From NCBI GenBank assembly GCA_964630875.1, contig CAZVXF010000001.1, forward strand, positions 36,688 through 100,687: a stretch of DNA of 64,000 nucleotides, read 5' to 3'. Below, piece by piece: positions 1 through 9,487 of this stretch (its first letter is position 1; every line of letters starts with the position of its first letter). The position numbers were made by a program, and so were the translations under genes. This stretch comes from an uncultured bacterium. GTDB lineage: Bacteria > Chlamydiota > Chlamydiia > Chlamydiales > SM23-39. The notes below the pieces were generated by a model that saw nothing but the letters and a program-made list of their open reading frames with translations, was not told the origin of the DNA and searched no databases.

Positions 1-96
1 GCTGGGAGAATTTCCTCAAGTAAGTATGTGCAAACAGGTGCGTTATGGAGGAGAATTACAAATGATCATCGCAAAAGTTTTCAACGTTTTTCTACG

Positions 97-327
97 ATAG
101 AAAAAAGAGATAGTTGAAAAGATAACTGCTCTCGAATAATTTCAGCTTCTTGATAAAGCGCTGCAAATTTTTATCTCTGTGGGAACTTCCAATATGACGA
201 ATAACCCCGCGTTTTCCTTGATCATATGGCTAATCTGCACAGCTATGGCACCTGATGCAGTTCGAACTTTTCGAATAGAAAGATTGCTCTGCATCCAACA
301 AAAATACCAGTTGGTGCGGTTTTGCAC
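97..327 (-). pseudogene. Degraded N-terminal remnant of an IS4/IS1634-like transposase
   Basis: The 61-aa ORF contains 'IRKVRTASGAIAVQI'. After an apparent frameshift the next frame reads 'GKRGVIRHIGSSHRDKNLQRFIKKLKL'. Together these resemble the N-terminus of IS1634/IS4-type transposases from memory. No DDE catalytic region follows. Confidence 0.3.
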
Positions 328-660
328 TAAGATAAAAATATAACCATTTATAAATCATTCACTTGTATTGACGACTAAGAATTTTCTGTTTTGGCAGAAG
401 TCGGGAGGTTGTTAAGCTAGACGTCCTGTGCTTGTGATTAGAATTTGTAAGACACTGAAAACTATAGCGGTAATATTTTCTAAACTTTGACAAAAAAACA
501 TCGTGCGCATATCAGATTTATCATACATCACGTGTGCGAGTGTAGAAAAGATGTTTAAAAACCTTCAATATTTGACTCAACCTTTTAATATAAGAGTTCT
601 TCAGGCTGTACTAGATAATAAAATCAAGATGGAACGAGAAGTCACTAAAAGAAGTGATTA

Positions 661-780
661 ATGCATACCTATCAACTCCAAGAGGGATTGATTCTGACTG
701 AATACGAATCAGAAATCATGCGACTCGATGGATTGACCATCACAGTCCACCCCATTTGGAAATGGCTACTTTCTAAATAA
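661..780 (+). pseudogene. 39-aa C-terminal remnant resembling the end of AAA+/DUF4143-type ATPases
   Basis: Translation is MHTYQLQEGLILTEYESEIMRLDGLTITVHPIWKWLLSK. The '...I.V.P.WKWLL' ending is typical of DUF4143 ATPase C-termini. There is no upstream ATPase domain, and a stop lies just before the ATG. Confidence 0.25.
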
Positions 781-824
781 TTCATACTCTGATAGTCTGA
801 GTCGTTCTGGAGAATTTTGAATCT

Positions 825-3155
825 ATGGACAAAAGATCACTTCTATTCGTTTTTCTATTGAGCATTGCTTTTTTTGGTGTGCATACATGGTTTGATGCTA
901 AAAATGCAGAAACAAAGCAGAAAGAAATCAGCAAGGCTGCAGAAGAGCTTGAAAATGAAGTGAGATCGAGAACAGCTCCGATTGAGCAACTGCCTGTGGC
1001 CTCCTTCTTTGCAGATTTCGAAGGAAAGCAAAAAATTGCAACAGGCATTTTGACTGGCAATTTTTTCCTGACATTGTCTGAAAATATGCCATCAAGTGGA
1101 TACGTCTCATCTGGAAATCAACGGATTCCTGTACAATTCATATCCGGGGAAAAAGGGGGTCCTGTTCTATATAGTCGAGGCGAATCAAGTCAATTCAAAA
1201 TTGCAACGCTTCCTGATGCATCCCCTGCTGATCTTCAGCTCTTGACTTTAGGTCAGGAAACGAAAGTCATTGTTGGAGAACAAAGAGGCAACAGCTTTAC
1301 GCTGCCTTATCACTTCCTCGAAGAAAAGGCAATTGCATTGCTAAATGTTGGAACAGAATATCTTCCCGTTGGAATTTATGAGCCTGAAAATAAGAAGATC
1401 AAAACTTTCCAAGATTTCGTTGGGATCAAGCAATTCACGGCTCAAGTCACACCTGTTCAAACGAATCGAGGTGAAGAATTCTATGTACTTGAAAATGAAT
1501 ACCAACAACTGGTTTTTTCCACTCGCGGTGGCGCTCTTGCAGAGATTAATCTTCCGCTAAGAAGCGAAACAAATCAGAACAGTATTGTGAAGGAGATCGA
1601 TTTTGATCGTGAAATTCTTGCTCATTCACCGCAAAATGCACATTTTCCATTACATCCTTATCATACAGCAACTGGCGGAATGCAGCAAAAAGGGTCTCTT
1701 GGTGGATATTATCCCCTGCTGAGACGCCCGATTATCAATACGAATGGAGAGCAAGTCTCTGAATTCCCTCCACAATATTATGCATTGAATATTGTTGGCG
1801 ACATGCCAGAAATTGCATCTCTCAATTATCAAGTCACACGCTTTGAGCCAAATCTCATCCAGTTCACTTCAACGTCGGGACAAAGAAAAATTGTTAAAAC
1901 ATTTTCGATCCCGCAAGAAAGAAATGGTCCGTATTGCTTCCAATTAGACATGCAAATTGAAGGAGATACGCGGAATTTATGGTTGACATCTGGAATCCCT
2001 GATGTAGAAATTGTAGGCGGTTCTTATGCCCCTCTTCTTCGTATTCAAGTGACAAAAAATAATGTTCATGAGGTCGATACGATCGATCTACCGAAAAAAG
2101 AGGTGATCCAAGTTCCTCATGTTCAACCAAATTGGATTAGTAATAACAATGGATTTTTGGGAATTATTACCGATCCTTTAGAGAAATTAAACCCTGGTTA
2201 TAAAACAGAATTTGTCTTGGGCTCTCTTCTTCCAACAAGGCTAACCCTGGTAGATCCTGGATATCGTCTTTATCCCGCAGCCGATTACCCAGGTTATGCG
2301 ACTTATCTGCCCATCAAGCCAGGCAATTTATCTTATCGAATTTTTGCAGGGCCATTTGACGAAGGATTATTGAAAAAACTCGATTCTCTCTTTGATAATC
2401 CGCTCACCTCTTACAATCCAAACTATGCATCTGCACAGAGCATACAAGGTTGGTTTTCTTTTATCTCTGCACCTTTTTCAAAGTTCCTATTTTTCCTGAT
2501 GGAAATATTCTATGCAGTGACACGCTCTTGGGCAGCAGCCATTATTCTCTTGACGATCGCTCTGAGGCTCATGATGTATCCACTGAATGCATGGTCTATA
2601 AAATCTTCACTCAAAATGCAGACCGTTGCTCCTAAAGTGAAATTGATTCAAGAAAAATACAAAAAAGACCCTCAACGCGCGCGTTTAGAAATCTTGTCAC
2701 TTTATAAAGAGTCTGGAGGCAATCCAATGACAGGTTGCATTCCTCAGCTCTTGCAATTGCCGTTTTTAATGGGGATGTTCTATCTCCTAAAATCGAGCTT
2801 CCCTTTACGCGGCGCTCCATTTATACCAGGCTGGATAGACGATTTAGCAGCTCCTGATATTCTTTTTTCCTGGAGTCAACCAATTTGGTTTGTCGGAAAT
2901 GAATTTCACCTTCTCCCTATCTTCATGGGACTCACGATGTACCTGCAACATAAGCTGACTGTCAAGACCCCAAAAGATGGAGAGCCAATCTCTGACGCAG
3001 AAAAACAAAAGCAAACAATGGGCCTAATGATGTCTGTTGTATTTGTCCTGTTGTTTTATAACTTTCCATCAGGATTGAACCTATACTTCATGTTCTCCAC
3101 TCTTCTTGGGATTCTCCAACAGTGGTGGGTGATGAAAAAAATACGTCCTGTCTAA
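825..3155 (+). CDS. yidC: Membrane protein insertase YidC (long form with large periplasmic domain)
   Basis: 776 aa with an N-terminal TM. The C-terminal Oxa1/YidC core carries 'NPMTGCIPQLLQLPFLMGMFYLL' and 'PSGLNLYFMFSTLLGILQQ'. Confidence 0.93.
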   Translation: MDKRSLLFVFLLSIAFFGVHTWFDAKNAETKQKEISKAAEELENEVRSRTAPIEQLPVASFFADFEGKQKIATGILTGNFFLTLSENMPSSGYVSSGNQRIPVQFISGEKGGPVLYSRGESSQFKIATLPDASPADLQLLTLGQETKVIVGEQRGNSFTLPYHFLEEKAIALLNVGTEYLPVGIYEPENKKIKTFQDFVGIKQFTAQVTPVQTNRGEEFYVLENEYQQLVFSTRGGALAEINLPLRSETNQNSIVKEIDFDREILAHSPQNAHFPLHPYHTATGGMQQKGSLGGYYPLLRRPIINTNGEQVSEFPPQYYALNIVGDMPEIASLNYQVTRFEPNLIQFTSTSGQRKIVKTFSIPQERNGPYCFQLDMQIEGDTRNLWLTSGIPDVEIVGGSYAPLLRIQVTKNNVHEVDTIDLPKKEVIQVPHVQPNWISNNNGFLGIITDPLEKLNPGYKTEFVLGSLLPTRLTLVDPGYRLYPAADYPGYATYLPIKPGNLSYRIFAGPFDEGLLKKLDSLFDNPLTSYNPNYASAQSIQGWFSFISAPFSKFLFFLMEIFYAVTRSWAAAIILLTIALRLMMYPLNAWSIKSSLKMQTVAPKVKLIQEKYKKDPQRARLEILSLYKESGGNPMTGCIPQLLQLPFLMGMFYLLKSSFPLRGAPFIPGWIDDLAAPDILFSWSQPIWFVGNEFHLLPIFMGLTMYLQHKLTVKTPKDGEPISDAEKQKQTMGLMMSVVFVLLFYNFPSGLNLYFMFSTLLGILQQWWVMKKIRPV

Positions 3156-3234
3156 GAATAGAAATAACAGGGTATAGTCCTTTAAAAGACTTTTTGTCGT
3201 TGAATCGACTTTATCCTGTTTTTTGGGTTGAATC

Positions 3235-4485
3235 ATGCAAGCGTGGGAAGAGTTTCTCCATAAAATGGAGATGAAGTTAGGAAAAAAGACGATCGATCAA
3301 TGGGTTAGATCGATCCAAATTACTCAGTTCGACGCTCGGAATCTCTATCTCGAATCCCCCGATCCCCTGCAAATTAATTGGTTTGAAGAGCACATTCGAC
3401 CCTTATTAAAAAATGGAATTTTCAATAACAATGGAAGACCCATTCAAGTCTATTTGAATAAAACAAAAAAAAGTGAAGGCACTATTGAAAAAGCTCCATT
3501 TACGATTCTTTCTGACAGACTAAATCCTGAACTTACTTTTGAAAATTTCATCGCCTCTTCGGAGAATATGGTCGCCTTTAAATTGCTGCAAGAGGCAACA
3601 GTTTCCTTTAACCCAATCTTTCTTTACGGCCCACAACATACAGGGAAAACACATCTATTAACTGCGGCCGCGCATCTGTACCAATCAGTTGGAAAAAAAG
3701 TCTTTTTTGTGAGGGCTGAAACATTCACATCCCATGTAGTGCAAGCCATTCGGCTTGGACATATGGATCAATTTCGCAGCATTTACCGAGATATTGATGT
3801 CCTGATCGTTGATGATGTGAGTTGTTTAGCAAAAAAATTTGCAACTCAGGAAGAATTTTTCCATACATTCAATGTACTTCATACAGCTGGAAAACAAATC
3901 ATTCTCTCTTCCCTATTACCCCCTTCAAAACTTCAGGAAATTGAGCAAAGATTGCTGAGTCGATTTGAATGGGGCATTTCACTCTTGGTTGGACGCGCTC
4001 CATCGATTGAAATCCTGACCCAAAAAGCAGCACTTTGGAAGCTTTCTTACTCTCCCGAATTAATTCGTTATCTAGCGGAACAATTTGCAGAAGATCCTTT
4101 ACTTGCCCTCGAAGCTCTTCGCGTCCGCACAAAGGGAATGAGTTCCTTAACGCCAGAAAAAGCATCGCAATTTTTGCAGGATTTGATCGCTCAAAAGAAA
4201 GCAAAAATGGTCACCTCTGAAAAGATTATTGCCGACACCGCGAATCATTTTGGAATTCGCATCGAAGACATTCTTGGAAAATCGCATAAAAAAGAATTTA
4301 CCTACCCGCGGCAAATTGCCATGTACTTTTGTCGGACTAAATTGCAACTTCCATTTCAAAAAATAGGATCTATCTTTAAACGGGATCACTCTACAGTGAT
4401 AGCGAGTATCAAACAAATTCAAACAGGTCGTGAGGGAGGATCAGGATCCATAGAAAGCGATATTTGTATGATCGAAAAAAAATAA
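3235..4485 (+). CDS. dnaA: Chromosomal replication initiator DnaA
   Basis: Walker A 'GPQHTGKTHLL', Walker B and sensor 'LIVDDVSCLAKKFATQEEFFHTFN', and the C-terminal DNA-binding helix region 'RDHSTVIASIKQI'. Confidence 0.9.
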   Translation: MQAWEEFLHKMEMKLGKKTIDQWVRSIQITQFDARNLYLESPDPLQINWFEEHIRPLLKNGIFNNNGRPIQVYLNKTKKSEGTIEKAPFTILSDRLNPELTFENFIASSENMVAFKLLQEATVSFNPIFLYGPQHTGKTHLLTAAAHLYQSVGKKVFFVRAETFTSHVVQAIRLGHMDQFRSIYRDIDVLIVDDVSCLAKKFATQEEFFHTFNVLHTAGKQIILSSLLPPSKLQEIEQRLLSRFEWGISLLVGRAPSIEILTQKAALWKLSYSPELIRYLAEQFAEDPLLALEALRVRTKGMSSLTPEKASQFLQDLIAQKKAKMVTSEKIIADTANHFGIRIEDILGKSHKKEFTYPRQIAMYFCRTKLQLPFQKIGSIFKRDHSTVIASIKQIQTGREGGSGSIESDICMIEKK

Positions 4486-4487
4486 AA

Positions 4488-4522
4488 TATCTCTGTGGTA
4501 AAAAAAATGAACCACAGAGATA
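4488..4522. terminator. Perfect 12-bp stem hairpin between convergent dnaA and the T3S chaperone gene
   Basis: tatctctgtggt (4488-4499), an 11-nt A-rich loop, then accacagagata (4511-4522). It starts 3 nt after the dnaA stop. The core TCTCTGTGGT/ACCACAGAGA recurs at 35830-35856. Confidence 0.6.
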
Positions 4523-4527
4523 ATCGA

Positions 4528-5052
4528 TTAGATCTTTATGAAGCGCTCGCCTGGTTTTGCACCACCGCCCATTGGAGCACCTTTTTGAGGTTGCTGTGGC
4601 ATTCCTGGCATTTGGAAAGGTCCTGGATCTTCGCCTGCGCAAATTTTTGTCACAATTCCACGCCATTTTTCCACTGTCTCTACAAAAAGAGGAGCAAATC
4701 GACGAAGAGCTGCTGCATCAACACCTAAGCCCATGTCGAGCACGCAGTGCATGAGAATGAGTTCTTCTTTCGGAGCCACACCAATGCCGCCGCCAGCCAT
4801 TTGGCCGCCAAGCATTGAGCCTTCTAGAAGTCTTGAATAGAGTTTCAATAAGATTTTATCATCTTTTGGCAGACCATCCAGAATCGGTGCATAAAGATAC
4901 AGTCTGTCAGAATTTTGCTCGTAAGTGATATGCAATGAAAAAGTATTATCAATTCCGAGAATACAGGTGTGATTTTCGTCGAAATCCAGAGCATCAAGAT
5001 TTAGTTCTTTACCGAATTCTTTTAAATTTGCCTTTGCGTTTTCGTAGGACAT
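4528..5052 (-). CDS. Class I type III secretion chaperone (CesT/SycE fold; Slc1/CT043-like)
   Basis: 174 aa. 'NTCILGIDNTFSLHITYEQNSDRLYLYAPILDGLP' and 'LLEGSMLGGQMAGGGIGVA...LILMHCVLD' match my recollection of chlamydial Slc1 closely. The tail is Pro/Gly/Gln-rich. Confidence 0.75.
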   Translation of the reverse strand: MSYENAKANLKEFGKELNLDALDFDENHTCILGIDNTFSLHITYEQNSDRLYLYAPILDGLPKDDKILLKLYSRLLEGSMLGGQMAGGGIGVAPKEELILMHCVLDMGLGVDAAALRRFAPLFVETVEKWRGIVTKICAGEDPGPFQMPGMPQQPQKGAPMGGGAKPGERFIKI

Positions 5053-5185
5053 TGAGGTTCTCCTGAATATAACTTTGCGACCTTAAAAAAATAGCCGCAG
5101 TACATTATTTTATAGTCCTTTCCTGAATAGCCTGCAAGTAAATTAGAAAAAAAACCTAAGATCAGTTATATGAAAAATAATTTAT

Positions 5186-7192
5186 ATGGATAGAATGATT
5201 GCCACTCAAGGAGAAAGCTCTCCACTCGGCCTTTCAATCACTGCAACGATGGCTAATTTTGCTGTTTTTTCAAAAAATGCAACGGCTGTCACTCTTGGAC
5301 TCTTTTCTCCAGGATTTAAAGATGTGCAAAGACAATTCCCGATGCATAGAACGGGCGATATTTGGCACATTCGTCTCACGGATGTCCCAGAAGGAACGCA
5401 ATATGCTTATAAAGCCGCCGGTCCCTTCTCACATGATACAAATGAACTGTTTAATGAAAATATTTGGCTTGCTGACCCCTATGCCAAGATTTTAGACATT
5501 CCGCGCATTTGGGGTGCAAAAGATCGAGCCTATCGAACGCCTGTCCTATCTGCTCCCACTTTTGATTGGGAAGCAGTGACATCGCCGAATATCAAACCAG
5601 AAAACCTCGTCATTTATGAAATGCATGTCCGAGGCTTTACACAGCACCCCTCTGCTAACGTTGAAAATCCAGGGACTTATTTAGGTCTGATTGAAAAGAT
5701 CCCCTACTTAAAAAAGTTGGGCATCAATGCAGTCCAATTAATGCCTGTTTTTGAATTCGATGAAATTCATAGTAGAGACCTTCAACCACAAACAGGAGAA
5801 CCTCTTCCGAATTATTGGGGCTATAATACTCTTTTTTTCTTTGCACCTATGCGTCGATTTGCAGCGACGAACTCTCTTTTAGCTCCAATTCATGAATTCA
5901 AAACGATGGTTAAAAAGCTTCACAAGGAAGGCATTGAAGTTTTCCTCGATGTTGTCTTCAACCATACAGGCGAAGGCAATGAGCGCAATTACTATATTCA
6001 TTTTAGAGGCCTTGACAACCGTATCTATTACATGGTGGATGAACAGGGTCACTATCGAAATTTTACTGGATGTGGGAACACAGTCAACTGCAATCATCCA
6101 GATGTGCAAACATTCATTGTCGATTGCTTAAAATATTGGATTGAAGAGATGCATATCGACGGCTTTCGATTTGATCTTGCCTCGATATTTACGAGAGATT
6201 TAAATGGCTATCCCCTCGCAGTATCTCATGCGCCAGTTCTCGAAGCGATTACAAACTTATGCAAAGACAACAATGTGAAACTCATTGCTGAAGCATGGGA
6301 CGCGGGGGGGCTTTATCAAGTTGGCCTATTTCCAAATCATTGGAAAAACTGGTCTGATTGGAATGGGAAATATCGAGATAGTGTACGCCGTTTTATTAAA
6401 GGAACGCCGTCTCAAGTAGGCGCATTTGCCGATTCGCTGATGGGAAGCCAATCGATTTATGGAGAATCAGGAACCCCATTATCCAGCATTAACTTGATCA
6501 CTGCCCACGATGGATTTTGCTTACGAGATCTTGTCACCTATCAAATGAAACACAATTATGATAACGGCGAAATGAATAACGATGGGTGTAATTCCAATGA
6601 CAGTTGGAACTGTGGTGCTGAAGGGCCAACCATTAATCCAGGAATTGCAACTCTTCGCGAAAGACAAATGCGCAATTTCTTACTGGCTCTATTTCTCTCG
6701 CAAGGAGTTCCTATGATTTTAATGGGAGATGAATACGGTCATACAAGAAAAGGAAATAACAATCCCTTTGTACAAGACAATGAAATCAACTGGTTTTTGT
6801 GGAATATCCTAGAAAAAAATGAAAAAATCTTCAATTTTGTCTCATCTCTGATTGCTTTTAGAACAAAACAAAATTCACTGAAGCATACACATTTTCTTTC
6901 GACAAAAGATGTCAGCTGGCATGGGATCAATCCAGATCATCCCGATTGGGGCGATGAATCGCGTTTCCTCGCGTTTACCTTAGTGGGTTCTCCTCCGATT
7001 TATGCAGCATTCAATGCATTCAGCCATCCGATCAAAGTCACACTTCCTCCAAAAAGCAAATGGAAACAAATCTTAAGAACAGATAACGATTGGGATGCGC
7101 ATTGTTTGAATGAACCGGAATGTGGAACTCTGCTGACAGATCAAGTCGAATTACCCGCATACTCATCCATCCTTTGTTTTGCCACTTCGTAA
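5186..7192 (+). CDS. glgX: Glycogen debranching enzyme GlgX (GH13 isoamylase type)
   Basis: GH13 conserved regions are present: 'DVVFNHTGEG', 'GFRFDLASIF', 'LIAEAWDAGG' and 'ITAHDGF'. Confidence 0.9.
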   Translation: MDRMIATQGESSPLGLSITATMANFAVFSKNATAVTLGLFSPGFKDVQRQFPMHRTGDIWHIRLTDVPEGTQYAYKAAGPFSHDTNELFNENIWLADPYAKILDIPRIWGAKDRAYRTPVLSAPTFDWEAVTSPNIKPENLVIYEMHVRGFTQHPSANVENPGTYLGLIEKIPYLKKLGINAVQLMPVFEFDEIHSRDLQPQTGEPLPNYWGYNTLFFFAPMRRFAATNSLLAPIHEFKTMVKKLHKEGIEVFLDVVFNHTGEGNERNYYIHFRGLDNRIYYMVDEQGHYRNFTGCGNTVNCNHPDVQTFIVDCLKYWIEEMHIDGFRFDLASIFTRDLNGYPLAVSHAPVLEAITNLCKDNNVKLIAEAWDAGGLYQVGLFPNHWKNWSDWNGKYRDSVRRFIKGTPSQVGAFADSLMGSQSIYGESGTPLSSINLITAHDGFCLRDLVTYQMKHNYDNGEMNNDGCNSNDSWNCGAEGPTINPGIATLRERQMRNFLLALFLSQGVPMILMGDEYGHTRKGNNNPFVQDNEINWFLWNILEKNEKIFNFVSSLIAFRTKQNSLKHTHFLSTKDVSWHGINPDHPDWGDESRFLAFTLVGSPPIYAAFNAFSHPIKVTLPPKSKWKQILRTDNDWDAHCLNEPECGTLLTDQVELPAYSSILCFATS

Positions 7193-7308
7193 CAAGCCTC
7201 TTTAAAACCTGCATTCTTAAAAAAAAATAACAGCATGATCATATACCCAGCTCTTTACTGAAATGAAATCGCTTTGCTATGCTTCAGTTTAAAAAAAAGG
7301 AAAAATTC

Positions 7309-7938
7309 ATGCGCTACTTTCTTCTATTCGCTTTCTCACTTTTTCTTGTCAGTTGCTCGCATCGGACAGATTATATGACTCGATTCCATGAAGATGGAAG
7401 AGCAAAACCTGTTGCTGCGATCGCATCCATGATTGACACTTCCTCTTTTGAACTACCCTGGAGTATTTCAGAAGAACTTACGTCCATGATTTCTTCACAA
7501 ATTAGACAAGGGGGAAAGATTTTCGTTGTCGCTAAGGAAGACGACGCATTTTCTGAAAATCCATTTGGAGCCGATCTATCTTGGGTAAAGAGAGAATTTT
7601 CCGATCAAGAATTTGCTGTATTTTTAGAACTCGTTGAACATGAAATTGTTCCAGCGGCAAAATCGAAGAATGACTTGCCCCAAGAAATCTCTTCTCATCT
7701 GAATATGGCCGTTCGTCTGAGAGTTGTTGACAACCGCGGTGCTACCCCAAAAATTGTGCTCCAAGAAATTGTGAAAGACACATATTTCATCCCAAAATCT
7801 GTTTCAGAGGAAACACATTCAATCACTTGGGGAAATCCTGCTTTTGCAAAAACTCCCATGGGGATTGCTCATGCGCAACTCACTCGTGAGCTAACCAGTC
7901 GAATTAGCGACTACATCCTTCTTGCGAAAAGTAGATGA
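7309..7938 (+). CDS. Hypothetical lipoprotein
   Basis: The signal peptide plus lipobox is 'MRYFLLFAFSLFLVSC|SH'. The ATG at 7309 is preceded by aaGGAaaaattc. The ORF-track start at 7279 looks over-extended. Confidence 0.6.
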   Translation: MRYFLLFAFSLFLVSCSHRTDYMTRFHEDGRAKPVAAIASMIDTSSFELPWSISEELTSMISSQIRQGGKIFVVAKEDDAFSENPFGADLSWVKREFSDQEFAVFLELVEHEIVPAAKSKNDLPQEISSHLNMAVRLRVVDNRGATPKIVLQEIVKDTYFIPKSVSEETHSITWGNPAFAKTPMGIAHAQLTRELTSRISDYILLAKSR

Positions 7939-8768
7939 GTGTTCTTGCTTTCGCAATTCTTGCGATCATTACGCTTACCATTGGATGGAAAAGAAACTTT
8001 TTTTCTTTTCCATCCGGTCACTGGTTTTATCAAATTCGGTGGCACCATGTTGCTTTTGCTTTTTTCATCTATTTTCTTTTTTCTGTAATCCTATCTCCAT
8101 GGGTCGGAAAATGGTTACAAAAAATATTGATTCATAATCATTCAACACAATCAATTTTAAGCTATGCGACTTGGTTAAATTTTATTAATTCGACAATGAT
8201 TTTTGTTTTCTTGATGGTCGTTCTGACCGCATTACCAGTATTGAGAAAAATGGGGTCGCGTGAACCTTTCTCCTATTTACAAGATTTAGGAGCAGCATTG
8301 ACTGCATGGGCAATTTCCTTTCCATTGATTGTATTTGTCAATCAAGGATTAGATTGGATTGTTACCCATATTTTTCATGTGGCTCATGCGCCTGAACAAC
8401 TTGCCGTTCAATTTCTTAAAATGACTTTAGGCTATCCCGTTCTTTTTATTCTAGCGCTGCTCTCTATTGCTGTTTTAGCACCTCTTGTCGAAGAAGTTCT
8501 TTTCCGAGGTTTTTTACAATCTTTTATTCGACAACATTTGGGTAAAAAACAAGCCATTTTTATCACATCCTTGCTCTTCTCTCTCTTTCATTACTCGCCT
8601 GAACAAAAAATATCTAATCTGACGATTGTTGGTTCTCTGTTTATTTTTTCCCTATTCTTAGGTTTTGTTTACGAAAAAAGAGAATCTCTTCTAGCTCCGA
8701 TTTTTTTACATTCCTTATTTAACACAGTCAATGTAATGAATTTGTATTTCTTAGGAAAAACCTTGTGA
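7935..8768 (+). CDS. CPBP-family (CAAX/Abi) intramembrane glutamic protease
   Basis: Polytopic membrane protein with 'EEVLFRGFL' and 'FSLFH' motifs. It overlaps the upstream gene by 4 nt. Confidence 0.8.
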   Translation: MSVLAFAILAIITLTIGWKRNFFSFPSGHWFYQIRWHHVAFAFFIYFLFSVILSPWVGKWLQKILIHNHSTQSILSYATWLNFINSTMIFVFLMVVLTALPVLRKMGSREPFSYLQDLGAALTAWAISFPLIVFVNQGLDWIVTHIFHVAHAPEQLAVQFLKMTLGYPVLFILALLSIAVLAPLVEEVLFRGFLQSFIRQHLGKKQAIFITSLLFSLFHYSPEQKISNLTIVGSLFIFSLFLGFVYEKRESLLAPIFLHSLFNTVNVMNLYFLGKTL

Positions 8769-9487
8769 AATTCATATCTCATGGAAAAACCGATATCGGT
8801 TGTATTCGCACAAATAACGAAGACGTTTGGGTCGCTTTACCGCATCTTGGTTTTTTTGCAATTGCTGATGGAATGGGCGGCCATAATGCTGGAGAAGTAG
8901 CGGCTCAAAAAACAATTGATTTTCTGATTTCTAAAATTTCTGAAATTAAAGAATACGATATCATGGAGGTAATTATTGAGCTCCGATATCTCATTGAAAA
9001 GGCAAATCAACATATTCATATTTTAGGCTCTAGCTTTCCTGAATATCAAGGAATGGGAACCACGCTCTGTTGTCTTCTGTGGACGCATTCTGCGATTGTA
9101 TATGCTCATGTTGGAGATAGCCGAATATATAGATTTCGAGACAATAAACTGTCTCTTCTGACTCAAGATCATTCATTACTCGCAAAATGGCTTTCTACTG
9201 GGAAATTAGCCGAAACATGCGCTACGCCTTTTCCATATAAACATGTGATTACAAGATCAATTGGTGGATCTGGGAAGGCCAATCCTGAAATTGCCGTCGC
9301 GACTTATCAAGAAGGCGATCTTTTCTTTCTTTGCAGTGATGGTTTGACAGATGCAATGACTCTTGAAGAGATGGAGGAAATCTTAATTCAAGAAAAAAAT
9401 CTAGAAAATGCTGCCTCTTTATTCATTGAAAAGGCAAAAATTAAAGGCGGTTCTGATAACATGACAATTGTCATGGTTAAACAATGA
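8765..9487 (+). CDS. PP2C-family Ser/Thr protein phosphatase
   Basis: 'RTNNEDV', 'IADGMGGHNAGEVAA', 'LCSDGLTD' and 'GGSDNMTIV' are present. GTG start with a 4-nt overlap. Confidence 0.88.
   Translation: MKFISHGKTDIGCIRTNNEDVWVALPHLGFFAIADGMGGHNAGEVAAQKTIDFLISKISEIKEYDIMEVIIELRYLIEKANQHIHILGSSFPEYQGMGTTLCCLLWTHSAIVYAHVGDSRIYRFRDNKLSLLTQDHSLLAKWLSTGKLAETCATPFPYKHVITRSIGGSGKANPEIAVATYQEGDLFFLCSDGLTDAMTLEEMEEILIQEKNLENAASLFIEKAKIKGGSDNMTIVMVKQ

Noticed and set aside
3156-3234. Possible oriC / DnaA boxes near yidC-dnaA, and in the rpmJ-rpmH spacer at 45608-45835
   Set aside because: Only weak 6-7/9 matches (for example TTATCCTGT) were seen by eye, with no cluster. GC-skew or a proper DnaA-box scan would be needed.
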